Origin: an uncultured delta proteobacterium
Lineage (GTDB): Bacteria; Desulfobacterota; Zymogenia; Zymogenales; Zymogenaceae
Reading direction: 5' to 3'
DNA: 64,000 bases
NCBI GenBank assembly: GCA_963792965.1
Contig: CAWBYW010000030.1
Span: 64,001-128,000 of the forward strand
Shown in pieces: positions 11,896 through 22,861 of this stretch. The notes beneath the pieces are model-generated. The model did not search any database. It saw only the letters and a program-made list of their open reading frames with translations, and was not told the DNA's origin. The stretch's first letter is position 1; each line of letters opens with the position of its first letter. The position numbers were made by a program, and so were the translations under genes.

Positions 11896-13593
11896 TCATA
11901 CCAACAGCATCCTGTCCAGCGGCGAGCCGACCGGCACCATCGGGTAGACGTTCTCCTCCCGGCTCACCACAAAATCCATGACGACCAGCTTCTTCACGCG
12001 CACCGCCTCCTGGATCGCCGGCACCACGTCCGAGGGTTTCTCGATGCGCATCCCCACGGCGCCGTAGGCCTCGGCCAGCTTCACAAAGTCCGGAGAAAAG
12101 TCCATCTCCGTGTGAGAATAACGCTCGTCGTAAAAGAGCTGCTGCCACTGTCGGACCATGCCGAGGAATCGGTTGTTGAGGATGGCGATCTTCACCGGGA
12201 GGTTGTGCTGACCGCGGTGGCCATCTCCTGGATGTTCATCTGGATGCTCCCGTCTCCGGCGATATCGATGACAAGGCTGTTCCGGAAAGGCGGCCTGGGC
12301 GCCGATCGCCGCCGGGAACCCGTAGCCCATCGTGCCGAGGCCGCCGGAGGTGAACAGCGTGCGCGGGCTGGTCGAAGGTGAAGAACTGGGCGGTCCACAT
12401 CTGGTTCTGCCCCACTTCGGTGGCGATGATGGCGTCGCCCTTGGTCACTCGATAAGATCTATCTCGATGACGAACTGGGGCTTGATCGCATGGTCACTCT
12501 GCGTATACCCAAGGGGATGGCTTTTCTCCCACTCGGCGATCTGCCTGAGCCACTCCTGTCGCGCACGTCGCGCCAATCCGTGAGCCGGTCTGCCTCGATA
12601 AGCACAAGCAGCTTCTTCAGGACGTCTTTGACGTCGCCCACGATCGGGATATCCACGATGGATATTTTTGCATGATGGACGTCGGGTCGATGTCGATGTG
12701 GATGATCTGTGGCGCCGGGGGCAAACTCATCGATCTTGCCGGTAACCCGGTCGTCGAAGCGGGCGCCGACGGCGATCAGAAGGTCGGAGTTCGTGACGGC
12801 CATGTTGGCCCGATAGGTCCCGTGCATCCCGAGCATGCCCAGGAAGAGGGGGTGCGAGCCCGGGGAACCCGCCCAGTCCCATGAGAGATGCGGTCACCGG
12901 GATGGAAAGCCTCTCGGCAAGTCGGATGAGCTCATCGGAGGCCGATGAGCTGATGACGCCGCCGCCGATATAGAGGACCGGCCGTTGGGCCTTGAGGATG
13001 GCCGCACAGGCCTTCTCGATGCTCGGTCCGTCGGCCTCGCTCTTGACCTGGTAGCTCCTGATGAAGACGTTTTTGATCTGCCCGTATTTCGCGCGGCCCG
13101 TGACGACGTCCCGGGGGAGGTCGACAAGGACCGGACCGGGCCTGCCGGTCGAGGCGATAAGAAAGGCCTCTTTGATCACCTCTTCAAGGTCGGCGGTTCT
13201 CTTGACGAGGTAGTTGTGCTTCGTACAGGGGCGGGTAATCCCCACGATGTCGGCTTCCTGGAATGCGTCGTTGCCGATGAGCATGGTGGGTACCTGCCCC
13301 GTGAAAACAACGATGGGGATGGAATCCATATTGGCCGTGGCGATACCGGTGACGGTATTGGTGGCGCCGGGACCCGAGGTAACCAGGGCCACACCAACCC
13401 TGCCCGTCGCCCGGGCATAACCGTCGGCCGCGTGTACCGCCGCCTGCTCGTGGCGGACCAGGATGTGGCGGATCGGATAGGCGGGCATCCGGTGATAGAG
13501 GTTCAACACGGCCCCGCCCGGATATCCGAAGATGGTGTCCACCCCCTCGTCGAGGAGGCTCTTAAAAAAGATATCGGTTCCTTCCTGAGTCAT
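11896..13593 (-). CDS. ilvB: Acetolactate synthase large subunit (several frameshifts between ~12200 and 12860)
   Basis: [32 protein letters not shown]; fragments LGMHG...[52 protein letters not shown] lie in successive frames. Confidence 0.93.
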
Positions 13594-13734
13594 AGCCAAA
13601 AATTCCCGCTTTCCGTCTCCCCCCAACCGCACGCCGCGCCCGAGTGCGACACCGTACCCCTCTATCGTGGCATCGCCTGGGCCGTGCCGCACCAAGCGGG
13701 CAGAGGGCGCACGGTCGGCGCCTGACGGGAGAAA

Positions 13735-13959
13735 CTACTTTCCCCGGTACTTTGCGAGGATCATCTCCATCTTGTCTTTGCCCACGAGCTTGAGCTTCTG
13801 GATTCTCTTTCGCTCCATCTCCTCGGCCGGGGTGAGGTGAGTGCGCGCGTTGAAATCATCGAGCGCCTTCTCGAACTGGGCATGCTCTTCCATGAGCTTT
13901 TTGAATTCAGGGTCTTCTTCCATGAGCCGCTTTTTCAGCAGCCCCTCCTTGTCTTCCAT
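13735..13959 (-). CDS. DUF465/YdcH-like small coiled-coil protein
   Basis: 74 aa with EFKKLMEEH...LTPAEEMERKRIQKLKLVGKD, typical of DUF465; GAGGGG SD-like sequence upstream. Confidence 0.8.
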   Translation of the reverse strand: MEDKEGLLKKRLMEEDPEFKKLMEEHAQFEKALDDFNARTHLTPAEEMERKRIQKLKLVGKDKMEMILAKYRGK

Positions 13960-13989
13960 GTCCGGCCCCCCTCAAAATATAATTTGTTG

Positions 13990-14018
13990 ATTTTATTAGA
14001 TAAAATAAGGAGTGTCAA
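13990..14018 (-). promoter_or_regulatory. Putative sigma70 promoter for the DUF465-ilv-leu region
   Basis: Minus strand TTGACA-17 nt-TAAAAT in an AT-rich gap. Confidence 0.7.
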
Positions 14019-14027
14019 CAGATATTC

Positions 14028-14717
14028 TCAAATGCCTTTCTCTTTTTTCTCCAAGTTCGTCTCGGCGTCCGACTTCCTCACGTAAATCGGCACGATACTC
14101 GCCGGTTCGTCCCCCCCCTGTTTGCCAAAACGTGCGGCGCCGAGCCGGCACACCGCCGATGCGTCCACGTCCCCGTACTCCTGGGGCAACACGCGCCTTT
14201 CGCGGAGGATCTCTTCGGGGAGAAGCGCGGTCCCTCCTCCTACAAGCGAGCAATCGCCCCCGACGAAGCTCCCGATGTTTTCCGGAGACGCGAGAAAGAT
14301 ACTCCCCCGGCTCCTTACAACGCCTGCGCCGTCGACCTCAAAGATCGCGCCGTATACCTCCCCGCGCCGGGCATCGATGACTACGGCAAGCCGCCCCTTC
14401 TCGTGGGCCGCCCCCGCGGCGATCGCCTCGAGGCTCGAAACCCCCACGATCGGGATCGTAAGGGCGTAGGCCAGGCTCTTTGCCGTCGTCGCCCCCATCC
14501 TGAGCCCCGTCCATGCCCCCGGCCCAATCCCCACGGCGATGAGCCCGACATCCCCGATCGATATCCCCGCCTCGGTGAGCGCGTCGCGTATCATGACAAG
14601 GAGGGTTTCGGAGTGGGTCTTGGATCCCTCGCTCGCGCGCAAGGCCAGTGTCTTTCCGTTAGCCGTCAGCGCGACCGCGGCCCGTTTCTGAGAGGTATCG
14701 ATCCCGAGACAGATCAT
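14028..14717 (-). CDS. tsaB: tRNA t6A37 threonylcarbamoyltransferase subunit TsaB
   Basis: LGIDTS, HSETL, VGIGPGAWTGLRMG, IDARRGEVY, C-terminal PIYVR. Confidence 0.93.
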   Translation of the reverse strand: MICLGIDTSQKRAAVALTANGKTLALRASEGSKTHSETLLVMIRDALTEAGISIGDVGLIAVGIGPGAWTGLRMGATTAKSLAYALTIPIVGVSSLEAIAAGAAHEKGRLAVVIDARRGEVYGAIFEVDGAGVVRSRGSIFLASPENIGSFVGGDCSLVGGGTALLPEEILRERRVLPQEYGDVDASAVCRLGAARFGKQGGDEPASIVPIYVRKSDAETNLEKKEKGI

Positions 14718-14720
14718 CGA

Positions 14721-15782
14721 CTATCCCGAAAAGATGAGCCGCTCGATGTCGAAATAGAAGGCGAGGATCATCAACAGCACGAGAAGGCCCAGCCCGATCT
14801 GGAGGGCGATCTCCTTTACTTTCAGGCTGATGGGCCTGCGTATGATCCCCTCGATGGCGAAGAAGAGGAGATGCCCCCCGTCGAGGACGGGCACCGGCAG
14901 GATGTTGAGGACCGCCAGGTTTATCGAAATGAGCGCCATAAAGTTAAGGTACGGCATGATCCCGAGCCGTGCCGCCTCGCCGGCGACCTTGGCGATGAGG
15001 ATCGGGCCACCCAGGTTGTTGAGGGCCACCTCGCCGGTAAACATCTTGCCGATCACCAGAAACGTGAGGTAGATGAGGTTGCCCGTCTGTTTTACCCCCT
15101 CGACGACGGCCAAAATGGGGCCGCGCTTCACGACGTGGTAGTCCCCTGACGGCGTGATGCCGATCATGAATTTCTTCTGCGGGGTCATTATGTCGCTCAG
15201 GCCCTCCTCGAAGATCGGCTTCACGCCGAAGACGAGCTCCTTGCCGCGGCGCAATACCCGAAAGCTGAGCTCTTTGCCTTTGGACCCCGAGATGACCTTC
15301 GCCATGGACTCCCAGTCGTGGACGGTGACACCGTTTATCGTGACCACCCTGTCCCCCGGCAAAAGACCGGCCTCGGCGGCGGGATATCCCTTCTTGAGCT
15401 CTCCGAGCACCGGATCGGTCACCGGCACCCCTGCCATGAAGACCACCCAGAGCACGAGGACCGCAAAGACGAGATTGAAAAAGGGCCCCGCCCCCACGAT
15501 CAGGATCTTCTTCCAGTTCTTCTGCGTCAGAAACGAGCGGTCCTTCTGTTCCTCCGGCGTCGTTTCCGACGGATCGTCACCCATCATCCGGACATAGCCG
15601 CCCAGCGGGAATGCCGAGATCCGATAGTCGGTATCGCCGATCTTCTTGCCGACGACCCTCGGCCCGAAGCCGAGGGAGAACTTGAGAACCCCGACCCCCA
15701 TTGCCTTGGCCGCAATGAAGTGGCCCAGCTCATGGACGAAGATCAATACACCGAGAAGGATAATAAAATAGACGACCGTCAT
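14721..15782 (-). CDS. rseP: RIP metalloprotease RseP (site-2 protease with PDZ)
   Basis: HELGH, FSLGFGP, PLGGYV, AGPFFN, NILPVPVLDGGH. Confidence 0.95.
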   Translation of the reverse strand: MTVVYFIILLGVLIFVHELGHFIAAKAMGVGVLKFSLGFGPRVVGKKIGDTDYRISAFPLGGYVRMMGDDPSETTPEEQKDRSFLTQKNWKKILIVGAGPFFNLVFAVLVLWVVFMAGVPVTDPVLGELKKGYPAAEAGLLPGDRVVTINGVTVHDWESMAKVISGSKGKELSFRVLRRGKELVFGVKPIFEEGLSDIMTPQKKFMIGITPSGDYHVVKRGPILAVVEGVKQTGNLIYLTFLVIGKMFTGEVALNNLGGPILIAKVAGEAARLGIMPYLNFMALISINLAVLNILPVPVLDGGHLLFFAIEGIIRRPISLKVKEIALQIGLGLLVLLMILAFYFDIERLIFSG

Positions 15783-16933
15783 GCCTCTTCTCCGATTTTG
15801 TTTGTCTTGTCGCGAGCCCAGCGATCGATCTCGATGAGCTCGCCGAGCGACGGGTTATTGCTGGCCCGATGCCGGCCCATCACCTTCTCCACCAGCCGCA
15901 CGATTTCGGGAAACGCGATCTTCCCTGCGAGGAAAAGCTCCACCGCCGCCTCGTTTGCCGCCGACATGACCGCCGGCATCGTCCCCCCTGCGTCGAGCGC
16001 CTCCCGGGCCAGCGCAAGCGGCCGGAAACGGGCCTCGTCGGCCCTGAAGAAGGTCAGCCCACCGATCGTGGAAAGATCGAGCGGCGCAACCATGCTCTCG
16101 ATCCTCTCCGGATAGGTGAGCGCGTAGGCGATCGGGATTCTCATGTCCGTCGGCCCGAGCTGTGCGACGATGGAACCGTCGATATACTCCACCATCGAGT
16201 GGACGATACTCTCCGGGTGGATGAGAACCGCGATTTTCTGATGCGGAACATCAAAGAGCCATCTGGCCTCGATGAGCTCGAGGGCCTTATTCATGAGGGT
16301 GGCCGAATCGACGCTGATCTTCCTGCCCATGTTCCAGCGCGGATGTTTTACGGCCTCCTCAGGGGTCACGGACTCAAGCTCCTTTTCGGGCCTCTTCCAG
16401 AATGGCCCGCCGGAGGCCGTGATGATGAGCCGTCCGACACACGCCCTGTCGTGGCCCAACAACGACTGGAAAAGCGCACTGTGCTCGCTGTCGACCGGTA
16501 TGAGCCCAACCCCCTTTTCCCGTGCCCGCCCGGTCACGAGTTCCCCGGCGCACACGAGCGTTTCCTTATTGGCGAGCGCCACGTCGATACCCGCGTCGAT
16601 GGCCGCCATCGTCGGAACGAGCCCCGCGCTTCCCACCATTGCCGCAAGGACGATATCGGCGCCGGACTCGACGGCGGCGCTCCTTACGCCGTCCTCACCG
16701 GAAAGGACGGTTATGCCCGCGGGGACGAGCTTTCTTAATTCACCCGCGGCCGACTCGTCGGCCAGCGCCACGACGGCCGGCCGGAGCCTGCGCGCCTGCT
16801 CACTGATGAGCGCGACATTCTTATGGGCGGCAAGCGCCGAGACGATAAACCGCTCGGGGTTGTCTTCAATGATGCTTACCGCCTGGGTCCCGATGGAGCC
16901 GGTCGACCCAAGGATCGCCACCTTCTTCATCAT
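15779..16933 (-). CDS. dxr: 1-deoxy-D-xylulose-5-phosphate reductoisomerase
   Basis: Start MMKKVAILGSTGSIG overlaps the cdsA stop; ALANKETLV, PVDSEHSA, TASGGPF, HPRWNMGRKISVDSATLMNK. Confidence 0.97.
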   Translation of the reverse strand: MMKKVAILGSTGSIGTQAVSIIEDNPERFIVSALAAHKNVALISEQARRLRPAVVALADESAAGELRKLVPAGITVLSGEDGVRSAAVESGADIVLAAMVGSAGLVPTMAAIDAGIDVALANKETLVCAGELVTGRAREKGVGLIPVDSEHSALFQSLLGHDRACVGRLIITASGGPFWKRPEKELESVTPEEAVKHPRWNMGRKISVDSATLMNKALELIEARWLFDVPHQKIAVLIHPESIVHSMVEYIDGSIVAQLGPTDMRIPIAYALTYPERIESMVAPLDLSTIGGLTFFRADEARFRPLALAREALDAGGTMPAVMSAANEAAVELFLAGKIAFPEIVRLVEKVMGRHRASNNPSLGELIEIDRWARDKTNKIGEEA

Positions 16934-17730
16934 CGGAGACAGTATACCGCATAGTAGTAGATAAAGGGCGCCGAAAAGACGAACGAGTCGATCCGGTCCA
17001 GAAAGCCTCCGTGCCCGGGCAGCAACCCGCCCGCGTCCTTGACCTTGAAACCGCGCTTGATAAGCGATTCGGCCATGTCGCCGAGTATCGCAAGGAGCGA
17101 GCCGACAAAACCGAGGATAAGGATGTCTTGCCACCTCAGCTCGCCGAGGATGACATACTTGGCCGCTATCACCAGCAGTATACACAACACGATCCCGCCG
17201 ATCGCTCCCTCGACGGTCTTCTTGGGGCTGATGACCTGATAGAGGGGGTGTTTGCCGAAGAGCCTCCCGGCAAAATAGGCCCCGGCGTCGGTCCCGAAGT
17301 TCATTGCCAGCGCCAGCACGACCCATGCGGCCCCGTGGGGGAGCATCCTCAACACGATCAGGTACGAGAGGAGAAAGCCGACATAGAAGATACCGAACAG
17401 GCGTATGAAGAGGTTCTCGGCCTTTCGCTGCGGATCGGTGACCCGGAAGAGAGCAAACGCCGTAGTGAAGATGATAATGAAGGCGACAGTCGGCGCTATG
17501 TAGTCCGGGTAGCCGAGGTAGAAGGAGGCCGGAAGGAGGAGGCCAAGGATCGTATGCGCGATGATCTGGATATTGATCTTCTGGGGATAGATGAAGGAAA
17601 AGTACTCGTACAAAGCCAGGCCGACCACGGCGAAGACGAGTAGAAATACGCCGATAACGCCCCCGTATATGATGATCGCCAATACGAGGGGAATGGCCAC
17701 AACGGCCGTGAGAAGACGGGCCGCAAGCAT
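16930..17730 (-). CDS. cdsA: Phosphatidate cytidylyltransferase
   Basis: DAGAYFAGRLFGK, ISPKKTVEG, GDMAESLIKR, KDAGGLLPGHGGFLDRIDS. Confidence 0.96.
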   Translation of the reverse strand: MLAARLLTAVVAIPLVLAIIIYGGVIGVFLLVFAVVGLALYEYFSFIYPQKINIQIIAHTILGLLLPASFYLGYPDYIAPTVAFIIIFTTAFALFRVTDPQRKAENLFIRLFGIFYVGFLLSYLIVLRMLPHGAAWVVLALAMNFGTDAGAYFAGRLFGKHPLYQVISPKKTVEGAIGGIVLCILLVIAAKYVILGELRWQDILILGFVGSLLAILGDMAESLIKRGFKVKDAGGLLPGHGGFLDRIDSFVFSAPFIYYYAVYCLR

Positions 17731-17951
17731 AAGCAGTACTCCATGGTTACTCTGAAAATCGGCCCCGAAGGGCCCCCTTTATCGGCCGACCGACGCTGCG
17801 GGAGGTCGGGCCGACTCTCACCCACGGGCCGACCGCACCGGCGAGACGTCGCTTACTCAGCTTCGGGCCGGCCGTGAGCCGGCGGACGGGGAGCCAACCC
17901 CTGTCATGCTGCGTGGCATGCCGCGGCGTTCGCCTCCGATCTGCGGCCGCC

Positions 17952-18725
17952 CTATGGCTTGCCCTTCAATTGCTCGCTGGTGAGCCCGAACCGTCGCTCC
18001 CTCGTGGAGTAGTTCTCGAGGATGGACAGGAACTCCTTGTCGGTGAAATCAGGCCAGAGGGTGCGGGTGAAGAAGAACTCCGTATAGGCCGACTGGAACA
18101 GAAGAAAGTTCGAGATCCGCATCTCCCCGCTCGTGCGGATGAGAAGGTCGGGATCGGGGAGCCCACGGGTGTAGAGATGTTGCGCAATGAGCCTCTCGTC
18201 GATTTCGCCGGGAGTGATCTTTTTTTCCGCGACGAGCGCCGCGATCTCCTTTACGGCATCGACGATCTCGCCCCGCGCGCTGTAGGCCAGGGCAAGGACC
18301 AGCGTCATACCCGTGTTGTTCCTGGTGATGTCAATCGTTTCCAGGAGGATCTTCCGAACGACGGCCGGCAGTGACGAAAATCTTCCGAGGGCGGCCAGCC
18401 GGATACCCTCTTTCATCATCTCGGGGAGCTCCGACTGGAGAAACTCCGCCAGCAGGCCCATGAGGAAATTCACTTCGTCCTTCGGGCGGTTCAGATTCTC
18501 CTCGGAGAGGGCGTAGAGGGTCAGCACCTCGATGCCGATCTTACGGCTCGTCTCCAGGACCTTTCTAACGTTGTCGCTCCCGCGCCTATGCCCCTCGATG
18601 CGGGGGAGGTTGCGCTCCTTGGCCCAGCGCCCGTTACCGTCCATAATGACGGCCACGTGTCGCGGGAGATTCTTTATATCGGTCATACTGAGTCGGGTAT
18701 CGCCCTCATCAAAGCTATGGGTCAC
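17952..18725 (-). CDS. uppS: Undecaprenyl diphosphate synthase (start may be 18686)
   Basis: HVAVIMDGNGRWA, PDPDLLIRTSGEMRISNFLL, LWPDF, ERRFG. Confidence 0.96.
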   Translation of the reverse strand: MTHSFDEGDTRLSMTDIKNLPRHVAVIMDGNGRWAKERNLPRIEGHRRGSDNVRKVLETSRKIGIEVLTLYALSEENLNRPKDEVNFLMGLLAEFLQSELPEMMKEGIRLAALGRFSSLPAVVRKILLETIDITRNNTGMTLVLALAYSARGEIVDAVKEIAALVAEKKITPGEIDERLIAQHLYTRGLPDPDLLIRTSGEMRISNFLLFQSAYTEFFFTRTLWPDFTDKEFLSILENYSTRERRFGLTSEQLKGKP

Positions 18726-18738
18726 GATGGATCATGGA

Positions 18739-19293
18739 CTATATTTCCATGATCTCCTTTTCTTTCTCCACGAGTATCGAATCGGTATCCTTGATATACT
18801 CGTCGGTGACTTCCTGGATTTTCTCGTGGAGCTTGAAATATTCATCCTCCGAGATCTCTTTCTCCTTTTTCAGCTCTTTGAGAAACTCGATCGAATCACG
18901 GCGATGATTCCTCATGGCTACCTTATATTCTTCGCACATCTTCCTGACCATCTTGACCAGCTCTTTTCTCCGCTCCTCGGTCAGGGCCGGGATGGAGATC
19001 CGAATGATCTTGCCGTCGTTGGCGGGGGTGAGCCCGAGGTCGGACTTCATGATCGCCTTTTCGACCTCACCGATGGAGCTGGCGTCCCAGGGCTGAATGA
19101 TGATGAGCCGCGACTCCGGCGCCGAAACGGTGGCCATTTGAGTGAGCGGTGTGGGGTTTCCGTAATAATCCACCCTGATCCCATCGAGAATCGCCGTGGA
19201 GGCCCTTCCCGTTCTCACCCGCTTGAGCTCGTTGGTGAAGCCCTTAACGGTCTTTTCCATCTCTTTTTTTAAATCAGCGAGCACCTCTTCCAT
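18739..19293 (-). CDS. frr: Ribosome recycling factor
   Basis: Start MEEVLADL at 19293; VRTGRAS, VDYYG, GLTPANDG, IPALTEERRKELVK. Confidence 0.96.
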   Translation of the reverse strand: MEEVLADLKKEMEKTVKGFTNELKRVRTGRASTAILDGIRVDYYGNPTPLTQMATVSAPESRLIIIQPWDASSIGEVEKAIMKSDLGLTPANDGKIIRISIPALTEERRKELVKMVRKMCEEYKVAMRNHRRDSIEFLKELKKEKEISEDEYFKLHEKIQEVTDEYIKDTDSILVEKEKEIMEI

Positions 19294-20009
19294 CACTCTT
19301 TTCCCTTTACAATGGTTCCTATCGTTTGTCCCGACACGACCTTTTTGAGATTGCCCGGGGCAAGGAGGTTGAACACGATGATGGGCAGCTCGTTGTCCAT
19401 ACACAGAGACAGCGCGGTGGAGTCCATCACCCCGAGGCCGAGGTTGAGGGCCTCGATATAGGTGATTGTGCTGAACTTCTTGGCATCGGGAAACCGCACC
19501 GGGTCCTTGTCGTAGACGCCGTCCACCTTTGTCGCCTTAATAATAACATCGGCCCCGATCTCCATGGCCCTGAGCGCTGCGGCGGTGTCGGTGGTGAAAT
19601 ACGGGTTTCCGGTCCCTCCGGCAAAGATCACCAACCGCTTCTTTTCAAGATGACGGACGGCCCTGCGGCGTATATAGGGCTCGGCGACGGCCCGCATCTC
19701 GAGGGCCGTCTGAACACGCGTGACCAGCCCCGCCTTCTCGAGCGAATTCTGAAGCGCAAGGGCGTTGATCACCGTGGCCAGCATCCCCATGTAGTCGGCG
19801 TTGGCTCGATCCATCCCCTTTTCGCTTGCGGATATGCCGCGGAAGATATTCCCGCCGCCGACCACCAGCGCCATTTCGGTGCCAAGGGTGGCGGTCTCCT
19901 TTATTTCTTCCGTGATGAATTTGATGGCGTCGGGGAAGATACCGAACTTCTGTGGGCCCGCCAGGGCCTCGCCGGAAAGTTTTACCAACACCCTTTTATA
20001 GAGCATCAC
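19293..20009 (-). CDS. pyrH: UMP kinase
   Basis: [49 protein letters not shown]. Confidence 0.97.
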   Translation of the reverse strand: MMLYKRVLVKLSGEALAGPQKFGIFPDAIKFITEEIKETATLGTEMALVVGGGNIFRGISASEKGMDRANADYMGMLATVINALALQNSLEKAGLVTRVQTALEMRAVAEPYIRRRAVRHLEKKRLVIFAGGTGNPYFTTDTAAALRAMEIGADVIIKATKVDGVYDKDPVRFPDAKKFSTITYIEALNLGLGVMDSTALSLCMDNELPIIVFNLLAPGNLKKVVSGQTIGTIVKGKE

Positions 20010-20102
20010 GGGCCGCCTCTGTTACGCATCCCGGGCAGACGTTCTTCCCCCGGGGGTTGGCCTGGTGCCGGTGAACGGCGCACAAAGCGCCGCCTGGCTC
20101 AT

Positions 20103-20705
20103 CTATTCGAGACCCTCACCCAGCTGAAAACGGACAAACCTCCTGATAATCATATTCTCGCCGAGCTTGGCGATCATATTGGTGAGGTGTTCGGAGACCG
20201 ATACGTTCGTATCCTTGACGAAGGGCTGATCGAGGAGGCATACCTCCGTATAATACTTCTTGAGCTTGCCCTCGACGATCTTTTCGATAACGTTCTCGGG
20301 CTTCTTTGAGTCCTGAACCTGGGCCCGATAGATCTCCTTTTCCTTTTCGAGGACGTCGGCGGGGACATCCGAGCTTGACAGATAGAGGGGGCTTGAGGCC
20401 GCCACGTGCATGGCGATGTCCTTTACAAACGCCACAAAGCCGTCGGTCCGAGCCACGAAGTCGGACTCGCAATTCACCTCCACCAGGACGCCGATCTTTC
20501 CCCCCATATGGATGTACGAACCGATCATTCCCTCTTTAGCGGCTCTGCCGAGGCGCTTGGCCGCTTTCGAGAGTCCCTTCTTCCTCAATATTTCAACGGC
20601 CTTCTCGGCATCGCCTTTGGCCTCGGTCAGCGCCGTCTTGCAGTCCATCATCCCGGCTCCGGTCTTCTCCCGCAAATCCTTTACCATTTGAGCACTGATT
20701 TCCAT
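20103..20705 (-). CDS. tsf: Elongation factor Ts (short form)
   Basis: [43 protein letters not shown]. Confidence 0.96.
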   Translation of the reverse strand: MEISAQMVKDLREKTGAGMMDCKTALTEAKGDAEKAVEILRKKGLSKAAKRLGRAAKEGMIGSYIHMGGKIGVLVEVNCESDFVARTDGFVAFVKDIAMHVAASSPLYLSSSDVPADVLEKEKEIYRAQVQDSKKPENVIEKIVEGKLKKYYTEVCLLDQPFVKDTNVSVSEHLTNMIAKLGENMIIRRFVRFQLGEGLE

Positions 20706-20741
20706 GATCCACTCCTTGTAACCCTTCGGACTTTCTCTTAT

Positions 20742-21584
20742 CTATTGTTCATCCAGCGTCTTTTCTTCTTTGGCGTCCTGCTCGTCCTCGGCGACGGAGG
20801 CCCTCTTGGCCTTCCTCACCTCGACCTTTACCTCTCTCTCTTCGGCCGGCTCCACGCTCGTCGGCTCGGCCTTTTTCGCCTCAACGGCGGCCTCCACCCC
20901 GGTCTCCTGCTTACCCTCGAGGATGGCGTCTGCGATTCGAGAGGAAAAGAGGCGAATGGCCCGTATGGCGTCGTCGTTTCCGGGCACAACATAATCTATC
21001 TTGTCCGGATTACAGTTGGTGTCGACGATGGCGACAATAGGTATATGGAGCTTATTGGCCTCGCTGACGGCGATCCGCTCTTTTTTCGGATCCACCATAA
21101 AGATACAGTCGGGGAGGTCCACCATCTCCTTGATCCCCCCGATATTCCGGGTGAGCTTTTCTTTCTGCGAGTTAAGACCGGCGACCTCTTTCTTCGGGAG
21201 GGAATCGACGGTTTCCGCGGAGAGAAGGGCCTCGAGCCTTTTTAGTCGATCGATCGTCTTTCGGATGGTGACGAAGTTCGTGAGCGTCCCGCCCAGCCAC
21301 CGCTCGTTGACGTAAAACATGCCGCAGCGCTCGGCCTCGGCGCCGATAGATTCCTGCGCCTGTTTCTTCGTCCCGACGAAGAGGATCGCGCCTCCTCCGG
21401 CGGATACCTTCCTGATGAACTCGAAGGCTTTGTCGAAGAGCTCGATCGTCTTCTGGAGATCGATGATGTAGATACCGTTTCGCGCTCCGAAGATATACGG
21501 CTTCATCTTCGGGTTCCACCGTTTCGTTTGATGGCCGAAGTGAACGCCGGCCTCCAGCAGCTCCTTCATGTTGATGTAACTCAT
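20742..21584 (-). CDS. rpsB: 30S ribosomal protein S2
   Basis: [46 protein letters not shown]. Confidence 0.98.
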   Translation of the reverse strand: MSYINMKELLEAGVHFGHQTKRWNPKMKPYIFGARNGIYIIDLQKTIELFDKAFEFIRKVSAGGGAILFVGTKKQAQESIGAEAERCGMFYVNERWLGGTLTNFVTIRKTIDRLKRLEALLSAETVDSLPKKEVAGLNSQKEKLTRNIGGIKEMVDLPDCIFMVDPKKERIAVSEANKLHIPIVAIVDTNCNPDKIDYVVPGNDDAIRAIRLFSSRIADAILEGKQETGVEAAVEAKKAEPTSVEPAEEREVKVEVRKAKRASVAEDEQDAKEEKTLDEQ

Positions 21585-21589
21585 ACCAC

Positions 21590-21676
21590 ACTCCTTCTGT
21601 TGGTTTTTCTTCCGCCCATCGGGACCCGGGAACCCACCTTCGGGTCACCACCCTGTCCCCCTGTATAGGGCGTGTC
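21590..21676 (-). promoter_or_regulatory. Putative S2-autoregulated rpsB leader (t44-like) and SD
   Basis: Minus strand ACACGCCC...GGGCGGAAGAAAAACC...AAGGAG: CGCCC/GGGCG closes a structured region with an inner ACCC-GAAGGT-GGGT hairpin, resembling known rpsB leaders. Confidence 0.55.
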
Positions 21677-21928
21677 AATTGAGAGACACACGAACCGTCC
21701 GCGCGTGCGGGCGGACTCTTACGTTCAGATTTTCGGCCGTCACTCCCGCGGGCGAAGGTAAGGCCCGGGAGGCTTCACAAAAAGTGGCCTCCGACCAGAG
21801 CCCCTTTCCCTTGGGACCGGTCATCCCCTCATAAATTATGGCACCGAAGAAACCGAATCTGCATACACAAAATTATTTATGTAACACATACTTTTTTATT
21901 ATGCAATATAAAAAATCTCAAAATCTCG

Positions 21929-22861
21929 TCATCCGACAAGAGCGCTTGCTCCAATGCCGAGCGCCAGCAAGAGCCCCGTGACCAGATGGATCACCACCGT
22001 CATCCCGCAGACCGCGACGACCCCCCGCGGGTCGTCGTAGACCTCAAAGAGCTTCTTCACGGCGACAACGGAAATGGGGATCGTCAACAGAGACAAAAGC
22101 GACAGGGCCGGTATGATCCCGATCACGACCCCAACGACAACCGACAGGTAGGTGGCTATGAGGATCAGCGCGTACGCATAGCGCGCCGCCGATCTCCCGA
22201 GCGTGACCACGCCCGTGCGCTTGCGCGTCGCCAGGTCCGCATCAAAGTCCGGATACCCGTTGACGAAGAGGATAAGCGCGATCAGGAGCGCGGGAACGAT
22301 AGACAGAAACCAGGCCGAACGCGAGAGCGTCCCCGTCAGGACGTAGTAGGTGCCGAGCACCATCAGCGGCCCGAACCCCAACGCTACCGCCAGCTCGCCG
22401 AGGCCGTGGCCGATATAGGCAAGCCCCCAGCGGGGAACCGAATAGATAAGGACGAGGATCGTTCCCATCAACCCGAAGAACAGGACGACGATCCCGGCCC
22501 GGTATACGAGGTAAAGGCCGACAGCGACCCCGAGCGCAAGCAGGCCGGCCCCGAGCGCGAAGGTCTGCCCCGGCGTCATGAGGCCGTCCTGGATCATGCG
22601 GCTCCCGCCGGAGAAGATATTGTGGTATCGATTTATGTTGTCCGTTCCGCCCCGGTAATCGTAGTAGTCATTCAACACATTTGCCGAACCGTGAAACGAG
22701 AGGGCACCGATAAGACACAGGACAAAAAGGATCAGGTCAAAACGGCCGACACGGGCAGCGTCGACCGCGCCGATGACGACGGGGACGACGGTCCCCGTAA
22801 AGAAGGGTGCGCGAACGGCCTTGAAAAAGAGCTTCATCGGTTCAACTCCTGTAGTCGGCAT
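21929..22861 (-). CDS. menA: UbiA-family prenyltransferase, MenA-like (start may be 22837)
   Basis: KAVRAPFF, NVLNDYYD..G.D, FSGGSR, GLGELAV, NGYPDFDAD...KRT; many TM helices. Confidence 0.8.
   Translation of the reverse strand: MPTTGVEPMKLFFKAVRAPFFTGTVVPVVIGAVDAARVGRFDLILFVLCLIGALSFHGSANVLNDYYDYRGGTDNINRYHNIFSGGSRMIQDGLMTPGQTFALGAGLLALGVAVGLYLVYRAGIVVLFFGLMGTILVLIYSVPRWGLAYIGHGLGELAVALGFGPLMVLGTYYVLTGTLSRSAWFLSIVPALLIALILFVNGYPDFDADLATRKRTGVVTLGRSAARYAYALILIATYLSVVVGVVIGIIPALSLLSLLTIPISVVAVKKLFEVYDDPRGVVAVCGMTVVIHLVTGLLLALGIGASALVG

Noticed and set aside
16934-17326. Apparent 130-aa N-terminal extension of Dxr (likewise extensions of frr, ilvB, cinA, GH2 and the APC permease in the ORF track)
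   Set aside because: These are longest-ORF artefacts overlapping upstream genes or spacers; homology begins at downstream starts.
20103-20705. EF-Ts of only 200 aa as a truncation
   Set aside because: The short homodimeric EF-Ts form is well known (e.g. Thermus, cyanobacteria, many deltaproteobacteria), and both termini are intact.
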